Shown: positions 27,761 to 42,429, counted from the whole stretch's first letter. The stretch: DNA of 61,875 nt, filler included, from Choristocarpus tenellus KU-1152 (GCA_964200185.2; 11 parts of 11 records of this genome joined end to end with filler, not necessarily neighbours in it); one strand, 5' to 3'. Numbers and translations: made by a program. Notes: generated by a model not told the origin, from the letters alone.

Positions 27761-28673
27761 GGTGTTAATATTAAAATGTACTGTACTTACAGTACTATAC
27801 AGTGGGTTGGAGTGATGGGTTAATTGTAGAGTACTGGTAACTTGAGGGTGGAGTGCCATGTTGATGCTGAAATTTTATCTATTAGATGGAGGTCCCCCAC
27901 CCCCCCATTGGTCCCTCACACCTCGTGTCCATTTCTACCAGGGACACAACTCTATGGCTGCCATGAATTCGGCTGCGTTGGCGAACCTTGTGGAGGTGCC
28001 ACCTCACATGGCTATGTACCTGCCTGTGGGCATGAGTATGCGAGTGTCTGCGTCTGCCCTGGCGCAGGCTCAGGCGCAAGTACAGGCGCAGATGCAGGCC
28101 CAGGTCAATGCCCAGGTTCACTTGCAGCAGGTTCAGATGGGTGCCTTCCACCCCCAGAGCTCCTCCAGTACCAATAACACCAGTCTATATTCTAAGATTT
28201 TTCACCGAGGGCGGGGGATCACAACTACCCAGGGAATGTCTGGTGGGGCACACGGTGTGGGGGGTAGTGGAATCCAGAATATAGAATCGGAGCTGTTGTT
28301 GAACTCTGGTGGGGGGCGTCGATTCTACCAGGCGGGTTCTATGGATTCTATTCGAGGGTACAGGGATGACTTTTTGCCATCGATTCATGGACAGCAGCGT
28401 CCTTGGATACCAGGCCCAGGTGTGGAGGAAGGTGGGCTGTATGGGGGGGGAGGGGGGAGGAACAGGGACAGGGTTGACATGATGCCTACAACTAGTGAGA
28501 TGGGAGGAGGAGGGAGGGGGGATGGAAGGGGGAGTTTGTTGCGCAGTGACCTTCATCGATCTTCCCTGAGAGGGAGGGATTCGATATGCAAGCTGTTGGA
28601 AGATCTGGGGCAATCCCTGGAAAATCCTCCACCCACTGAGGTAGGTCTAGGATTCGATTTTTCGTTTTATTAA
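17970..28673 (+). CDS. HSF: HSF-type DNA-binding (heat shock factor family) transcription factor
   Basis: Exons 17970-18044, 25077-25179, 26310-26437, 27056-27196, 27942-28673 (or a donor at 28641) splice in frame to GFPFVLFDILK-REPSHIVTWTSTGTAFGIRDMTVFRQDVLTRYFK-HNKFSSFQRQLNLYGFRKV..YMHPSFLRERPDRLGE-VKR; Q/A-rich and G-rich C-terminus. Confidence 0.88.
19300..21900 (-). mobile_element. Highly degenerate LINE remnant inside HSF intron 1
   Basis: Minus-strand pieces resembling RT motifs in the expected order (RMPLNTKGEGLD; AAFDII; VY*GD); many stops and frameshifts; boundaries approximate. Confidence 0.35.
23060..23215. repeat. 7-bp-period minisatellite (ATGTTAT/ATGGTAT/ATGTTAC)
   Basis: Directly visible. 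Confidence 0.95.
23404..23820. repeat. 7-bp-period satellite with 35-bp higher-order unit
   Basis: Units GATTAAT, GATGTAC, AATTTAT, GACTTAC, GATTTAT; 35-mer repeated four times at ~23583-23722. Confidence 0.95.
26048..26285. repeat. 12-bp minisatellite (TGTGACTGCTAY)n
   Basis: About 19-20 tandem units in HSF intron 2. Confidence 0.95.
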
Positions 28674-28680
28674 TGGTAGC

Positions 28681-28828
28681 ATTAGTATTAGTATTAGTAT
28701 TAGTAGTGTTAGTATTAGTATTAGTATTAGTATTAGTATCAGTATTAGTATTAGTATTAGTATTAGTATTAGTATTAGTATTAGTTTAGTGTTAGTGTTA
28801 GTGTTAGTGTTAGTATTAGTATTAGTAG
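28681..28828. repeat. (ATTAGT)n microsatellite
   Basis: Directly visible. Confidence 0.95.
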
Positions 28829-29894
28829 GACCTCCTACAACCCTTGAAAATGCGACTGATGATGGGAGAGGTATTTTATATATATTATTGATCTAAAGAG
28901 CACCCTGGATTGGTTGCTAACACCCAAAGGAGCAGGTGCACTAGCCAGTCACATATGTGGAAATAATAAATAGTAACCTTTTTTAGCTTGCAAGTTGAAC
29001 TCTTTTCAGTTGTCGTGGATAGAAATATTCAGCCTCTTTTTAAAAAGAATCTTTAATTCAAAATGTTGTCTTACTCGAAACATCATTCTCTGACCTATGA
29101 TGCAGTGTATGGTTTGACAAACTTCAACCAATGGTCCTCTAAGGAGACATTCTTCATAGAAACAGTGGATGGCACATGTAGTAATTGAGTAAGTCGATCA
29201 CACTGTTACGTCAGTTGATGTCACTCAAAGTGGTATTGTATATTATATTCGAGGTACGGGCAGAGTGCAGTGTTCTAGTACACACCATGGAAGGCATGAT
29301 GACGGAGAGGTAGGTGGGTAGGCACGGAAGTAGCAAGTTGAACATTCTCAAGCCCTCCGTACATTTCGAGGATTAAAATTATTGGAGTATTGGAGTATTG
29401 GAGTATGCTCGCGTTGTTGATGTTTTCTTGTTATGGACAAAATATGGAGGTTATGTTTGTGCTGTAAGAAGGTGCTGTAAGAAGGCCGCACCTTGTAAAG
29501 GCGTTGCAGACCCCAACGACAGCTCCACCACTGTACCTCAGGGCATGCAATGCACTGCTTGTATCCATGTATTGAGGTGTGTTGATTGTGGTGCATGTTG
29601 CCATACCAGCACAGGCAAACTCAGTGCATAGCATTCCAGAGGCAATGTGACTTGGAGAGCGTGTAAGGGATGCTTTAGGAAGAGTCACAATACCGGTGTG
29701 TTTTGCCTCAGATCTACTTGGTGATATCAGAGCTTATGCTCAATAACAACAGATATCCTTGTGGGGTCAGGATCCCCTTATTATCTCACTTCCCNNNNNN
29801 NNNNNNNNNNNNNNNNNNNNNNNNNNNNNNNNNNNNNNTTAATTAATTAANNNNNNNNNNNNNNNNNNNNNNNNNNNNNNNNNNNNNNNNNNNN

Positions 29895-30082
29895 ACTCAT
29901 TCATCAATGACGTGTTCGAGCGTGTGGCGAGCGAGTCTGGTCGCCTGACCCGTTACAACAAGAAGGCAACTCTCTCTTCTCGTGAGGTGCAGACGGCTGT
30001 GCGCCTGATGCTCCCTGGTGAACTCGCCAAGCATGCCGTATCTGAGGGTACGAAGGCTGTCACCAAGTTCACCTCGTCCTAA
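29895..30082 (+). CDS. H2B: Histone H2B, 5'-truncated by contig start
   Basis: [61 protein letters not shown]. Confidence 0.97.
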
Positions 30083-30141
30083 GTCGAGGTATCTAGAGGA
30101 AGAAAATTGTTCGTTGTGGTACTTCACTCAACCCACATAAG

Positions 30142-30162
30142 CTGGTGTTTGCTAAACACCAC
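30142..30162 (+). promoter_or_regulatory. Histone 3' stem-loop (H2B)
   Basis: CTGGTGTTTGCTAAACACCAC about 60 nt after the stop; same motif after H3 and H4. Confidence 0.8.
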
Positions 30163-31006
30163 CAACCTGATGAGGAAGTGCTGGTAAATTAATCCCTACC
30201 TTGAGTTGTATTTTTGTGTACAATAATACCTTTTGTTTAGCAGATACTTGTCGAAGGTAGGCGGGCGGAGCGCGCAGCTGCGCTGTTTCTCCTAGAGACT
30301 GACTACACGCATATTATAGGTTGGTCGTAGAAATTTGGTCCTCGCTTTTCCGTCATGTCAGTTGAGGGTATGAATGCAGGTTTACACATGTATCGGAACC
30401 CAATCACTCTTTTCCAAAACCTTCACTGCATCTAGGTAAGATTTTTTTCTGTCGACCATTCGCAACTCCCTACAGCGTGTAAGAAAGGCGCCCCTTAGCA
30501 ATTTTGTCTACATGTGAGCTTTTTGGGACAGCAGTGTTAATAGTTCGACTGTGTAATAGGAGAGTGTTTGCCCTACCATAACTTGAATGTATACAACTTT
30601 ACAGTAAAAGACTGGGTATTGATGGAACCTCCGCTTGCTCGCATGGTCGAAAATTATTCCTCTTGAATATATCTTTGGTCTGAGTTACCAGTCACCGATT
30701 CTGACTACAAAATATCATAGATTGCCTTGTTTGTATTTACGGGTACAGTACCCTAAGTCAGTATTTCTGTAAACTTACTATGCCCCACTGGTAATCACGA
30801 GCTATTTGTACATCTTGACATGAAATAGCATGTTCACTTTTCAATTCAGCAAAATCCTTCATAGTGCAGCGCTACTTTTTCAAGTGTACGTACTGTGTCC
30901 ACAACGTTTTGTCTGTGTGTGTTAAGACGCGCTTATTGTAGCATGAGCTTTGTGAACCTGATACTAGGTCAACTGGTTAGGGTTATCACACCATTCACTT
31001 TCACTC

Positions 31007-31242
31007 GGGTACAATTTTTGCCCTTATTGTCTGTTTGGGACTTGGCTTCCCATGTGTTTTTTATGACATGTTCCTACTCGAAAATGTTTCTGGTAGATAA
31101 AATGTACACCTTACGAAAAGGTGTTTCCAAACAAGGGTATTCACACTTCCTGAAAAACACTATAGCCAAAATTACATCAAAATCACATTGGATTTTGCGC
31201 CCCAAATGGACGCGGCTCTACCCTCTAAGATACTTTTGACTC
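31007..31242 (+). mobile_element. MITE family B copy with damaged left end
   Basis: Internal body and right terminus TACCCTCTAAGATACTTTTGACTC match other B copies. Confidence 0.8.
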
Positions 31243-31449
31243 ATAGAACAGGGTATAAAGTTGCCAAGGTGTGGGAAAATGGTACCCAAGACTGAAGTTG
31301 GACTATGGAGTTCACAGGATAAGGAAGAGAAGTGTTTTGGCTGTCGATGACAGATCACTAGCCAAGAATGCATTGGCAGATAATCCCCAGGTGATATGAG
31401 ATGCAACTCAAACCCTAACTACTGGTGCCGACAGGTAAAGTTGACAAGA

Positions 31450-32720
31450 GTAATCCTTGGGCAAGGAAAGGACAGTACAGGAGTTGGGTGACCTGTAACA
31501 AAAGTATGCAATAGGGTTCAAGGAAAAGGGGGGGGTGTCAGCAAATACAGTCAGGTATTTGCATTGACTATAGTGGGCGGAAGTGAAACGTTTTTACCGG
31601 AGTAGAGTACTGGTGTCTCTATCTTGGGGTTGAGGCAACTGAGTTGGTATAGGAAGACATGAAACAAACAAAGAAATCCTAATACTTCACAAACACTGAC
31701 TTGATTGTTAAAACTGCCCAATACAACACCTCTATTTCCTTCACTCAAGAGGGGAGGCTTAGGAGGAGTGAGTAGAACATAAAAGAACTTGAGTATTTAC
31801 ATTGAACCCAGTAGTTAGGACACAAAAGTGCAGACAGGGGTAGGATGTATGTGACACTGGTTGGGGAGTGCAGGCAACCAGGTCGGTATGGAAAGCGACA
31901 GGAGACCCAAAGCATTTAAAAGGGTAGGAGATTTGCCCTGCTTGTCCATTCGATGCTTGGCTTCCCACAATTTTTTTATGCCCTTTTTCAGCTTTCTGTG
32001 TGAACACAGTTACCTAAAATGAATACAACTATGACAGTTGTGTGTGGAGCAAGGATATTGACAATTGCTAAAAAACATGGTAGCCGAAATTTATCAAATC
32101 GCAAAATTGGATTTATGACCCTGAACGGACGGGACCCTACCCTAACCTTTAAATACTTTTTTATAACATTTTGGGTAAGGGTGTAGGGTTCCAATGCCCA
32201 CCACAAACGATTTCTTGACCTTCCGCCTACACAACACTTTCAATTTCTTTAATCTATGTCAGAGCATGGGAAGGGATCATACAAAAGGTTGGGAATTTGC
32301 CTTTGACCTGTGGTATATAACAACAAAACTCAAGTTGAGATCATAAGAGTATGGTGTGCACTCGGACAGGATTAGGAGAGCAACAAGAATGAAAACAGTG
32401 GCAGCACCGGAAATAGATATAGAGGAAAGGAAGATGGAAGTCCGAGGAATTTATGGTATACGTTAGGACATACTGAAGAGATCCAGTGTGGGTGTCAAGA
32501 GACTTGGCAGAGAGTGAAAAAGATTGAGGGTACAGCCAGGACAAGAGGTATTTAGCTGTAAGCTGGATATAGACATCAGCTCAAATGGAAGGTGACGTTT
32601 GGGAGGGGTAGATATCACTGGCGCAGTATGGGAGTCATGATTGGGGACTGGATGTGTGGAAGGTGGCCGACTGGATGTGTGGAAGGTGGCCGCAGGTATG
32701 TGGGGTAACAAGGATAGTGT
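31450..32720 (-). mobile_element. Degenerate Copia-like pol remnant
   Basis: Weak RNaseH-like segment FLYQLSCLNPKIETPVLYSG; otherwise decayed. Confidence 0.25.
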
Positions 32721-34119
32721 GTGGAGGGAAGCTGGTGGTGGTGTTACACTGGTTTTAGGTGGAAGTAGAGTGGATGGAAGGGTAAGATCAGGCTAGCAAC
32801 TAATCCAGAGTTCGTGAGCAAAGCAAATTGGCAAAATGATACAAGAATCTTGTGTATATAGCAACCAACAAGATTATATTGACAAGTCGGGATTGGTGCA
32901 TAATTTGTGATACAATACTCCTGGGAAAAAACGATTTCTACATCTTCATCATCACCCCTTCAACCTTCACATGCAAACATTTGTACATATTTTTTTCCTA
33001 CTGATTTAAGTCGAAATGAGTTAAATAACGATTGTCCGACGTGTGAAAAATGAAGCAAGGAGTTTTCTGCTTCTAAGCTGCCTTTTTGTGCAAGTACAGC
33101 ACAGGAAGCTAATGCAATATAAGTAGAGGAATTGAAGTATTAGTGTATATCGGCTTACAACAACAATATCTGCTATTAATATAGTCATTGACCATTAGTA
33201 CCACCTGTGATGACAGCATTTCCTATTTGCTGTGGCCTTTATAATGCACCATTGTAGTGAGAGAGGAACATTTTACCATCCAATCTTTTTTAAGGGGGGT
33301 AGAAATAGAACTTCTGAGTGTACTCAAGAATCAATGTGTCTGCAATCAAACGTGCTAAGTTGAAATAATTAGAATTCTTTGAAGGATGGCAGTGTGAGGC
33401 ATATATCCTGTGGATGGGCACACCTTTATGAGTCCTACAAGTTGATAGCTTTTGCTTTGTGTTAGTTTGAGGAACGGTGTTGGTGGTTGTGAGAAGAGAC
33501 CACATCATCTACATTGGACTAGCATGAAATTGAGAGACATTATAAAATGCCATCCTTCAAATTTCTTCTGTCTGAACACCTTGACTCCTCAGGTATAGAC
33601 CAATGTAGTTGCAGCAACGAGCTTGACACTCATTTGGTTACTGTTTTGCAGAGTCCAAATTCTAGGAAGTTGCAAATGATTCTTAAATTACATTATGTCC
33701 CGCCCACCTTTGACTTGGATGCATACTCATCCATTCTCCGCTCTTACCCTACCCATCATCTCCAACTACACTTTCAATGCGTACCTGCCATTACCTAATA
33801 TGTCGTAGTCCCATTTACTAAAGGGTGCAGCAATAGTGCAGTAGTAGGAAGGAAAGAAGGGCCCTTTAAAAAGCGGAAACAACACGGGAAAAAGGTGAGG
33901 CCACAAAGAGTGAGGTTCCATTCTACCGGGTTTGGCTGTTGCCTTCGGCAGAGAGTGCGGGCAAGTGCAGATTTACTACCTCTAGGACTGCCCGTAAAAA
34001 AACTAAGCCCTCCTGGAGGCGCCCATGCAATTGAGACCATTACTGCCCAGACCTGGAAAGGGGCTTGTATAACAATCTACATGTACAACTCTGATTGCAG
34101 AAGATTCTTCTATTTAAGG

Positions 34120-34141
34120 GTGGTGTTTAGAAAACACCAGG
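34120..34141 (-). promoter_or_regulatory. Histone 3' stem-loop (H4)
   Basis: Minus strand reads CCTGGTGTTTTCTAAACACCAC, about 65 nt after the H4 stop. Confidence 0.8.
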
Positions 34142-34206
34142 TGTTGTGAAGAATGCCACGTGAGAATTGTAAGCACTTCCTACAGTTGAGGAAGAAAGCT
34201 TCAGCC

Positions 34207-35292
<1,086 letters not shown>

Positions 35293-35368
35293 GCGGTCCG
35301 TAACTCCTACTCTTACCTGACCGCAATATTATTTTAGACCTTGCTTTGTTCTTGGTATTAATATCAAA

Positions 35369-35389
35369 CCTGGTGTTTTTCAGCACCAC
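35369..35389 (+). promoter_or_regulatory. Histone 3' stem-loop (H3)
   Basis: CCTGGTGTTTTTCAGCACCAC: 6-bp stem with one G-U pair and a 4-nt TTTC loop. Confidence 0.8.
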
Positions 35390-37146
35390 CCAAGTACCAA
35401 GGATGCCTTGAATAACCCCGTGTAACTGAGGTGATACGTGATACATCTTCCAATTATTAATGGTCATTTATTGTGTATTGGACATCAGACTCTACATCAC
35501 CATACGGATTTTTCAATGTCACAATGCATCAAAAACAAGTGGAAAGGAAATTTTCCTATCTATAGGCAACTGGATATCTAGAGCCACCCCGAACATGTCT
35601 TGTCGTGGAAAGAGGTAAGAGCAATTTTGCGTACACTATTGTCAGTGGTGTTCTCGAGGTTCTACAATGTTGTAAGTACCTCTTGCGCAATGTGGGAAGG
35701 GATCAAACTATACAGAAGCACAAGAGATTCTTCTGACCTTTGTTAAATGAGAGTCGAGGTAGGGGTAGTGTGTTGCCATTCAACGAAAATGTGTTAGACG
35801 GTACGTACCCCTCTCTACATGTTTAAAGATGCAGTCCATGCCTACTGCTCGACCGTGGATGACTAGTGTTGGTCCTGGTTTGAAGTATGGTACGTTGGAA
35901 TCAATGATGCTGTCCTGTGGACATTTGTTTCAAAAATGAAACAAGAAAATTACACTGGTCCTCAATCAAAGCAAACGTCCAACCTGATGTTTACACGTCA
36001 GTTAGTACAACTAGCAAAGCAACCGCATCCTATCTCTAAGGTCTACAATGGGATAAGAGGGTAGGTAGGTGTTACGATGCATGGACATATATGAGGCGAA
36101 ACTGTCCATTTTGTGGATGGATAGGCTAAGTTCATATCCATTGTTCAGCCCATCTTCTAACATTCTTCTCTGATTTTCATTTTGATCATGTCATATTGTG
36201 AACACCATTGTGTTCTCACTCTCCCCCCCCTTCTAGAGATTCTAGACAAATTTGCAACTTTCGAGATCGAGATTGTGGATAAAATCAGTCAATACCGACA
36301 TATTGGTGTGAGGTACGAACTAGATGGAGGACGCAATTCTCTCACATGAGCACCTTGGAATTGATGTAAGTCTCACTACCGTACAAGCACTTCCAATTTA
36401 GCATTGCATCACATATATTAACAAAGATATTGAAGAAACGACGAAGATATGGAGGCAAGAATAAGAGGTCTGATACAGTCTGGAGTATGACTTTGAGGAA
36501 CAATGGAGGCACCTTGTCCTACCTGGGAGGGGGTGTTTGCGTCCATTATGTCCGTAGGGGGCTTTAAAATGTGTTGCAAAACACCACTGTTTCAAGTCCC
36601 TTATGCTCGTGACTCTCTTCCTTATTCTGCCAAATGTGCAAAAAAGATCCTGTGGATAGATATCCTGTCGTAAGGATTGAAGGATGTATCGACGAATGTT
36701 TGCGAAACGTACTTCCAGCACTTTATTTTAGTATGTCATAGGTTGAGTGATGATATATTTGGTTGAGGAAGAGGCGTGTCTGGAAATAGATTGGCAAATG
36801 CCCATCTGGCATGTGCGCATGTGATAGACACTGCTCATAAGAATGGTGATGAGCAACACAAGTTAAAATAGTCTCTTNNNNNNNNNNNNNNNNNNNNNNN
36901 NNNNNNNNNNNNNNNNNNNNNTTAATTAATTAANNNNNNNNNNNNNNNNNNNNNNNNNNNNNNNNNNNNNNNNNNNNGTGTGGTGTGGGGGGGGGGTTAT
37001 TTGTTGAAGTGTGGCCAATTTTGTGTCCTGAAAAATACTTTTTTTACTGAACATCGTCGTATGAAAAAAAAAAAAGATTTCCTGTGTCGGAGTTTTTGTC
37101 TTTAAAGAGTTGAATTTTTATTTATGCTGTTTCAGGCGTACGCTAT

Positions 37147-37422
37147 TTAGGAGTAAAGTACGCTCTGTTTTTTTACAGACACTTTTTTGGTGGTGCATTT
37201 CTTGGCTTGCGTAGCTTGATTTGGGGGTATGTGTACATCCATGATTAAGTGATAATCCAGCTGTTGAGGGTAATTTTGATGGGGTAACCGTTGTGCCCCA
37301 TGCATGGATACTTGCTCGGAGGAGGGGTGTGAACAGGAACGAAACAGATTTTGATCAGGTGACGTGTAGCCTGCCTGAGACAGAGTAATCTGTAGATGGT
37401 GTTTGGAATCAAAGGATTTCAT
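37147..37422 (-). mobile_element. Copia-like reverse transcriptase remnant
   Basis: HLQITLSQAGYT resembles the Copia RT I.LSQ..Y motif. Confidence 0.4.
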
Positions 37423-40400
37423 TCGGTCGATTTCCTTTTCGCACTTGTGTGTGTTATCATTTTTTTTGTTTAAAAAAAAAAATAGATGAAGAGAGTAGAG
37501 TGTTGAACCGTTTTTATTTATTTATTACTACTCCCAAGAGGAAAGTTGACTCACGAGACTTATCTTTATATCAGGGAGCGAGGGTGGAAGAGAAGGGCAC
37601 CGTTGGTGCTTTTGAGTGAGTTGAGCAAGTGTACAGCATCCCAAGGAGTCGACTCTTTCGGTGACAAGTGTCAGTGTGTGATCCACGTGAACACCCTTTC
37701 CCATTTTCAGACGTCTTGGAGGGGGTGGGGAAGATGGCAGAGAGTGGGGCAAGGGTTGAACAAGAGCCGACAGGTGTCTCGGTAGAAAGACCTGAGTCAA
37801 GGTCTCAACAGGAGTTTCTTCTTGTGAATGGAGTAGTAGAGTGAAATTCGAATGGAAGAGTGGATAAGGGGTCGTTCTCTTTATTGTTCTCTATTGGCTT
37901 GCCTTTCAATAGTTCACTGGGGGGGGGGGGAGGGGTTCACTGTCCGTGATCAATGAATTTCATGAGGCAGGGTTGTGAGAGACTTTCCTTTTTTTTCTTG
38001 CTGTGTACTTTGATGTATGGAATGGATGTGGATCAAAGCTCTTTTTTTTTACAGTGTATGCTGCTGCTGCTGCTTCTGCTGCTGTTCCACACGTAACCCA
38101 CATTTCCAGTGTATTTACACTATGCTGACACTTGAATAGAGGGCACTAGATTATTGCCGATCTGCAGCATGTACATTCTACCAGGAGTATTTTTTTATAG
38201 TTTCACTGTAGATCCTCCCTCCTGGTATGACGACTCATGATGAGTGTCTTTTGAGTAAACGGGCGGTTTGCTTGAGTTACTTGTATATTATTTTTTTGAG
38301 ATCACACTGTGTACCCAGAGGATTGTCACCCCTAACAGGAGAGAAATCTGCACACTCCCTCAATGTCCCTGCTATGTTGATGCAGCAAGCAACCACAGCT
38401 TTCTTAACTGGTTCTGTCTTCCATTTGACCAATGACGCTCTAGGCTTCAAAGAGTTTTGAACCGTGTCTGAACACCTCTTACGGGCCAGCTATTGTTAAT
38501 AGTCCTACACTTGGATGTAACATGTATGTATATCGGTGACCTTCAGTGAATAAGATGTGCTCGCCTGTAATTCTCCCCTAATTTCCTCATTTTTTTGCCC
38601 TGGTCGGAGATCTATTCACCCGTCACCTGGGCAGACCTCATCCCCCTCTGCTTCCCAGCACTGAATGGGGTAACCATCACGAACGAATATGCCGTTGAAT
38701 TTTCGTGAGGGAGTTCTCTGCAAAATCACCTACTAGAAAGGGAGTCTACTCCTCTCCACTTGTTTTTTTGTGGGTAATTGGATGGTGTAAGTGAGATGAT
38801 TTTGATTGCACTTCCACTAGGCTCTCTCGCCTTGACACGCGATATCTCCTGCAAACCAATCGCTATCACTCAAGACAATGGTAGCATTCACCCTACAGTA
38901 GTGTGCTATTCATTAGCCATGGGTATGGACCCATTGCAGCATGGTAAAGGCAAGTTAGCCGTTCGTGCACAAGTTCCTTAATGTCTTTGTTTTAGGGGGT
39001 GCTCTCTTAACTGAATCTTGTATTTGTTGTATCTCATCATGTGAACGCTGCTGTGTATTTCCTACCAGATTGAAGCGGCTGGGATTGGCTTTGACTTTCA
39101 GGATCCAGAAGGGTGGTTTGCTGCTAACAAGGGGAGGGACATGTCATTTTTCGCTGAACTCATGAATGATCTTGAAGAGTCGGCACAAGTACCTGCTGAA
39201 GAAGATGAGGACTTTAATCTGTGAAAAATAAGAAGTGATGGTACGAAGAGGCAACATCAGTGATTGAAAAGGAAGGAGAGTGAAAGTATGAGCAAATGGA
39301 TACATAAGAGGATGTCCCTGTGCCCTGCATATTTTCAGTGTTGTGACCCGGCAAGTTGGTTGAGGCAGGATGTGTTCATTTTGGGGAACGAGGATGAATG
39401 AATTGGTAGAAGAGAGAGCACAACAAAGAGAATAGAGCTCTATTGAATGTCAAACATGAAGTATGACTCTTCAGACCGAAGGAGAGTGGCTACAGTTTGA
39501 GGAAGGTGGTAAGGTTGGAGGGTGAATGCTACCCATTAACTGGATGTGATAAATGAGTAATCCTATGGTGGTGTGGATAAGCTTTTCACAGCATGTCCAC
39601 TATACCTCAATCTTTGACAACTCCAACATCACTTTTTTCCGGTGGAAAAGACTGCTGCTCATCATGAAAAAGGCCCTGCATAATGGCACATGCATCCACT
39701 GGCACTATCAACCCTGTTTCCTTGCACTTACCCAGTCTCAAGAGTGGAATGCTGAATGCTTCCAGGAATTTAATGATTAGAGTTAGATGATGCATTATAT
39801 GAGCCATCCCATACGTTTGTTGTACGACAGCATTTTCCACCCTCGATCATCCCTGTATGTGGAATCTTGTTTGTTGTATGTGGGAGGGGGTGTCTCCCTG
39901 ACAGGTCGTGTATTTTGTATTTCCTGTTTTTGCATTTTCTCCCAAACACACCACATAATTACTTGTCAAATTCTAGAGTTGCACCCTAAGAATTCCTAAA
40001 ACTTGCTTCGGACTTACTACCATTCTATTCTACTTTCTCTCAAATTGGACGACAAAACACCCCCCAAACAATCTTTGAGAATATATGTAGGTACTTCGAA
40101 TCCTATGTAACATTATATTTAAAATATATATGCCATCTCGCTTTTTGGAGATGCTCTTCGGGATTATTGGTTGTATGAGTCACAAATATATCAGCGAGGT
40201 CTACTGGAAGCATTTCGAACCTCAACTACACTATATAGTGATAGCAAATAATTTGAATGACGATAAACTGTCAATGTGATGACTAATCAATCAAAAGTGG
40301 AAAATAATTATTCCATAGTGGATCTAGACAACAGTTTTAGACTAGGTAGTAGTAGTGGACAAAAGTAAAAATGTATTTTATTGTTTTGTAACTGAAGTTC

Positions 40401-40639
40401 GAAAATAAAACTAGAAATGCATTGTCAACAACCAGTGGCAATTAGTTCTTCCTTTTCACTTTTGACTCTCAATCACTCTCTATATTGTACTGACAAATGA
40501 CTCTTTGTCTTGTATTACTTTTTCCTACCTCTTCTTGTATGTGCTTTACAAGAGTTAAATACCAATTGTACTGTTCACTATCACATAAAGTGTCAATAGT
40601 GCGAAATGCAAAGCACTGTTTGACGAGCAAGATTTCATC

Positions 40640-41100
40640 ATCAGTCGTGAGGACCTTATCCAAACAACCTCTCCGTTTTTTTCCTTGTACTTGTAGTGTG
40701 CTATGAGCTTATTCCTAAGCTCATCAAATCCCATCTCCCTCTCCACATACTCTTCAGATCCCCCTCCTCCCTGGTCCCCTGGCATGCACATATATGTGAA
40801 ATCAGTGTAAGGGTCGCTGTAGAAGGCATCATGCAGACCAGCATTCCCTGTCCAATCAGTGTTGCCCTCCCAACTCTCCAAGGCCATCATATGAATGAAG
40901 CATATTTTGCAATATGCAGCAAGTGAAAAATATGTTATCTATCTTCTTCCTGTGCAAATATAGTAGTCCGCCAAAAAAGCACTCGATACTCTTGCGTATA
41001 CTCTCCACTCGTTTGCTCCACCTTGCCTGTGCCTGTGTGACAGATGCCCTCAGGGGGCATATTGTGCACCTCCACTGCTAATGCAAAGATCGAGTTGGGC
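40640..41100 (-). mobile_element. PIF/Harbinger-like DDE transposase remnant
   Basis: WSKRVESIRKSIECFFG...KIDNIFFTCCILQNMLHSYDGL...ELRNKLIAHYKY; internal deletion and frameshift. Confidence 0.7.
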
Positions 41101-41502
41101 AAGGAATGTTGACTTGTTGACTTGCCAGTTTGATGATCACTCACCTTCACAGGAGCAAACCCTAACAGAGATGGCCCAAGGATCCTGTAAGAGAGGATCG
41201 TCAAAAATGTCAAGACATGACAACAAAGTGAATCTTTCATGTTTGACAGCTCTGAATGAAGAGCAGTTTCATATCTGTGGAACTAGTGTCTTGAAGATAT
41301 TCCATGGATTCATTCTCACGAAAGATGCTCGACTGGAATCAAGGATTCGTGACAAGGAACCTCAACTGGTATAACGATATACCGGCATATGGCGTACGGA
41401 GATAATGGTATACTAACAAACCTACTCCTACTTTCCACATAATCTTAAAGCTATGTAAAGAGGATTCAAAGTTGACCTAAAAGTGACCTCTGAGAGCAAA
41501 AT

Positions 41503-41683
41503 GACTCAAAGTATCTGGAGGGGGGGGGAGGGAGTCTACACCAGGGTGTCCATTTGGGTGCTGATCAGAAGAAGTGCACTTACATGATCCATCCGAAACA
41601 TGCAACCAATTCAGCCAAAAGTCGCAACATGGGATATGGCCCACGAATGGACAGGCGCCACACACCCCCAGATACTTTGAGCC
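41503..41683 (+). mobile_element. MITE family A (181 bp), complete copy
   Basis: GACTCAAAGTATCTGG...CCAGATACTTTGAGCC; body aligns with 5418-5597; TSD not preserved. Confidence 0.85.
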
Positions 41684-42131
41684 TCAGGCAAGAAATAAGA
41701 CGCATATTTGCACATAAATATTTTTCGTGATATTTCGTTTGCTAAGTAAGCATTCCCTCATGTATGTGCGGGGATCAATGCACCTACTTAGTTGTTTATA
41801 TATAGTAGTATGTTTGGCCATGTGCTACTACATTATATGGTGACTATACTCCTCCATTTTAACCTAAATATTTGAGAAATCGGCAAGGCAACATTAAAGA
41901 GAAACAACTGGGAAAAAGCTCAAAGTATCTGGGAGGGGGTGGCGGCTGTCCATTTGGGGTCCATTTTTTCATGTCGCGATTTTTGGNNNNNNNNNNNNNN
42001 NNNNNNNNNNNNNNNNNNNNNNNNNNNNNNTTAATTAATTAANNNNNNNNNNNNNNNNNNNNNNNNNNNNNNNNNNNNNNNNNNNNGTGAAAAACGGACG
42101 CCGACACCCCCCCCCCAAGATACTTTGACCC

Positions 42132-42260
42132 ACAAAGAGTATTTGTCGTAGGAGGGATTTGACCGCCTCTTTCCTGCTGTAGCCTACAGTCCCTCTCCCC
42201 CCTACCGCGTACGTAGCTAGCTCATCCAGGAAACTTTCCACTGGGAAGGTGTTGAGGTTT
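42132..42260 (-). mobile_element. CRE-like RLE C-terminal fragment
   Basis: LNTFPVESFLDELATYAVGGRGTVGYSRKEAVKSLLRQI. Confidence 0.6.
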
Positions 42261-42365
42261 CGAAACATATCTTGAGTGAACAATATTGTATCGAGTGAGT
42301 TCAAAGAATATTTCAAGTAGGTCTTATGACACATTTCCAGAATGTCAGAAGGCATAATAATAAAA

Positions 42366-42396
<31 letters not shown>

Positions 42397-42429
42397 TACG
42401 GGTAGATTTTGAGAGGCGAATGTTAGTGA

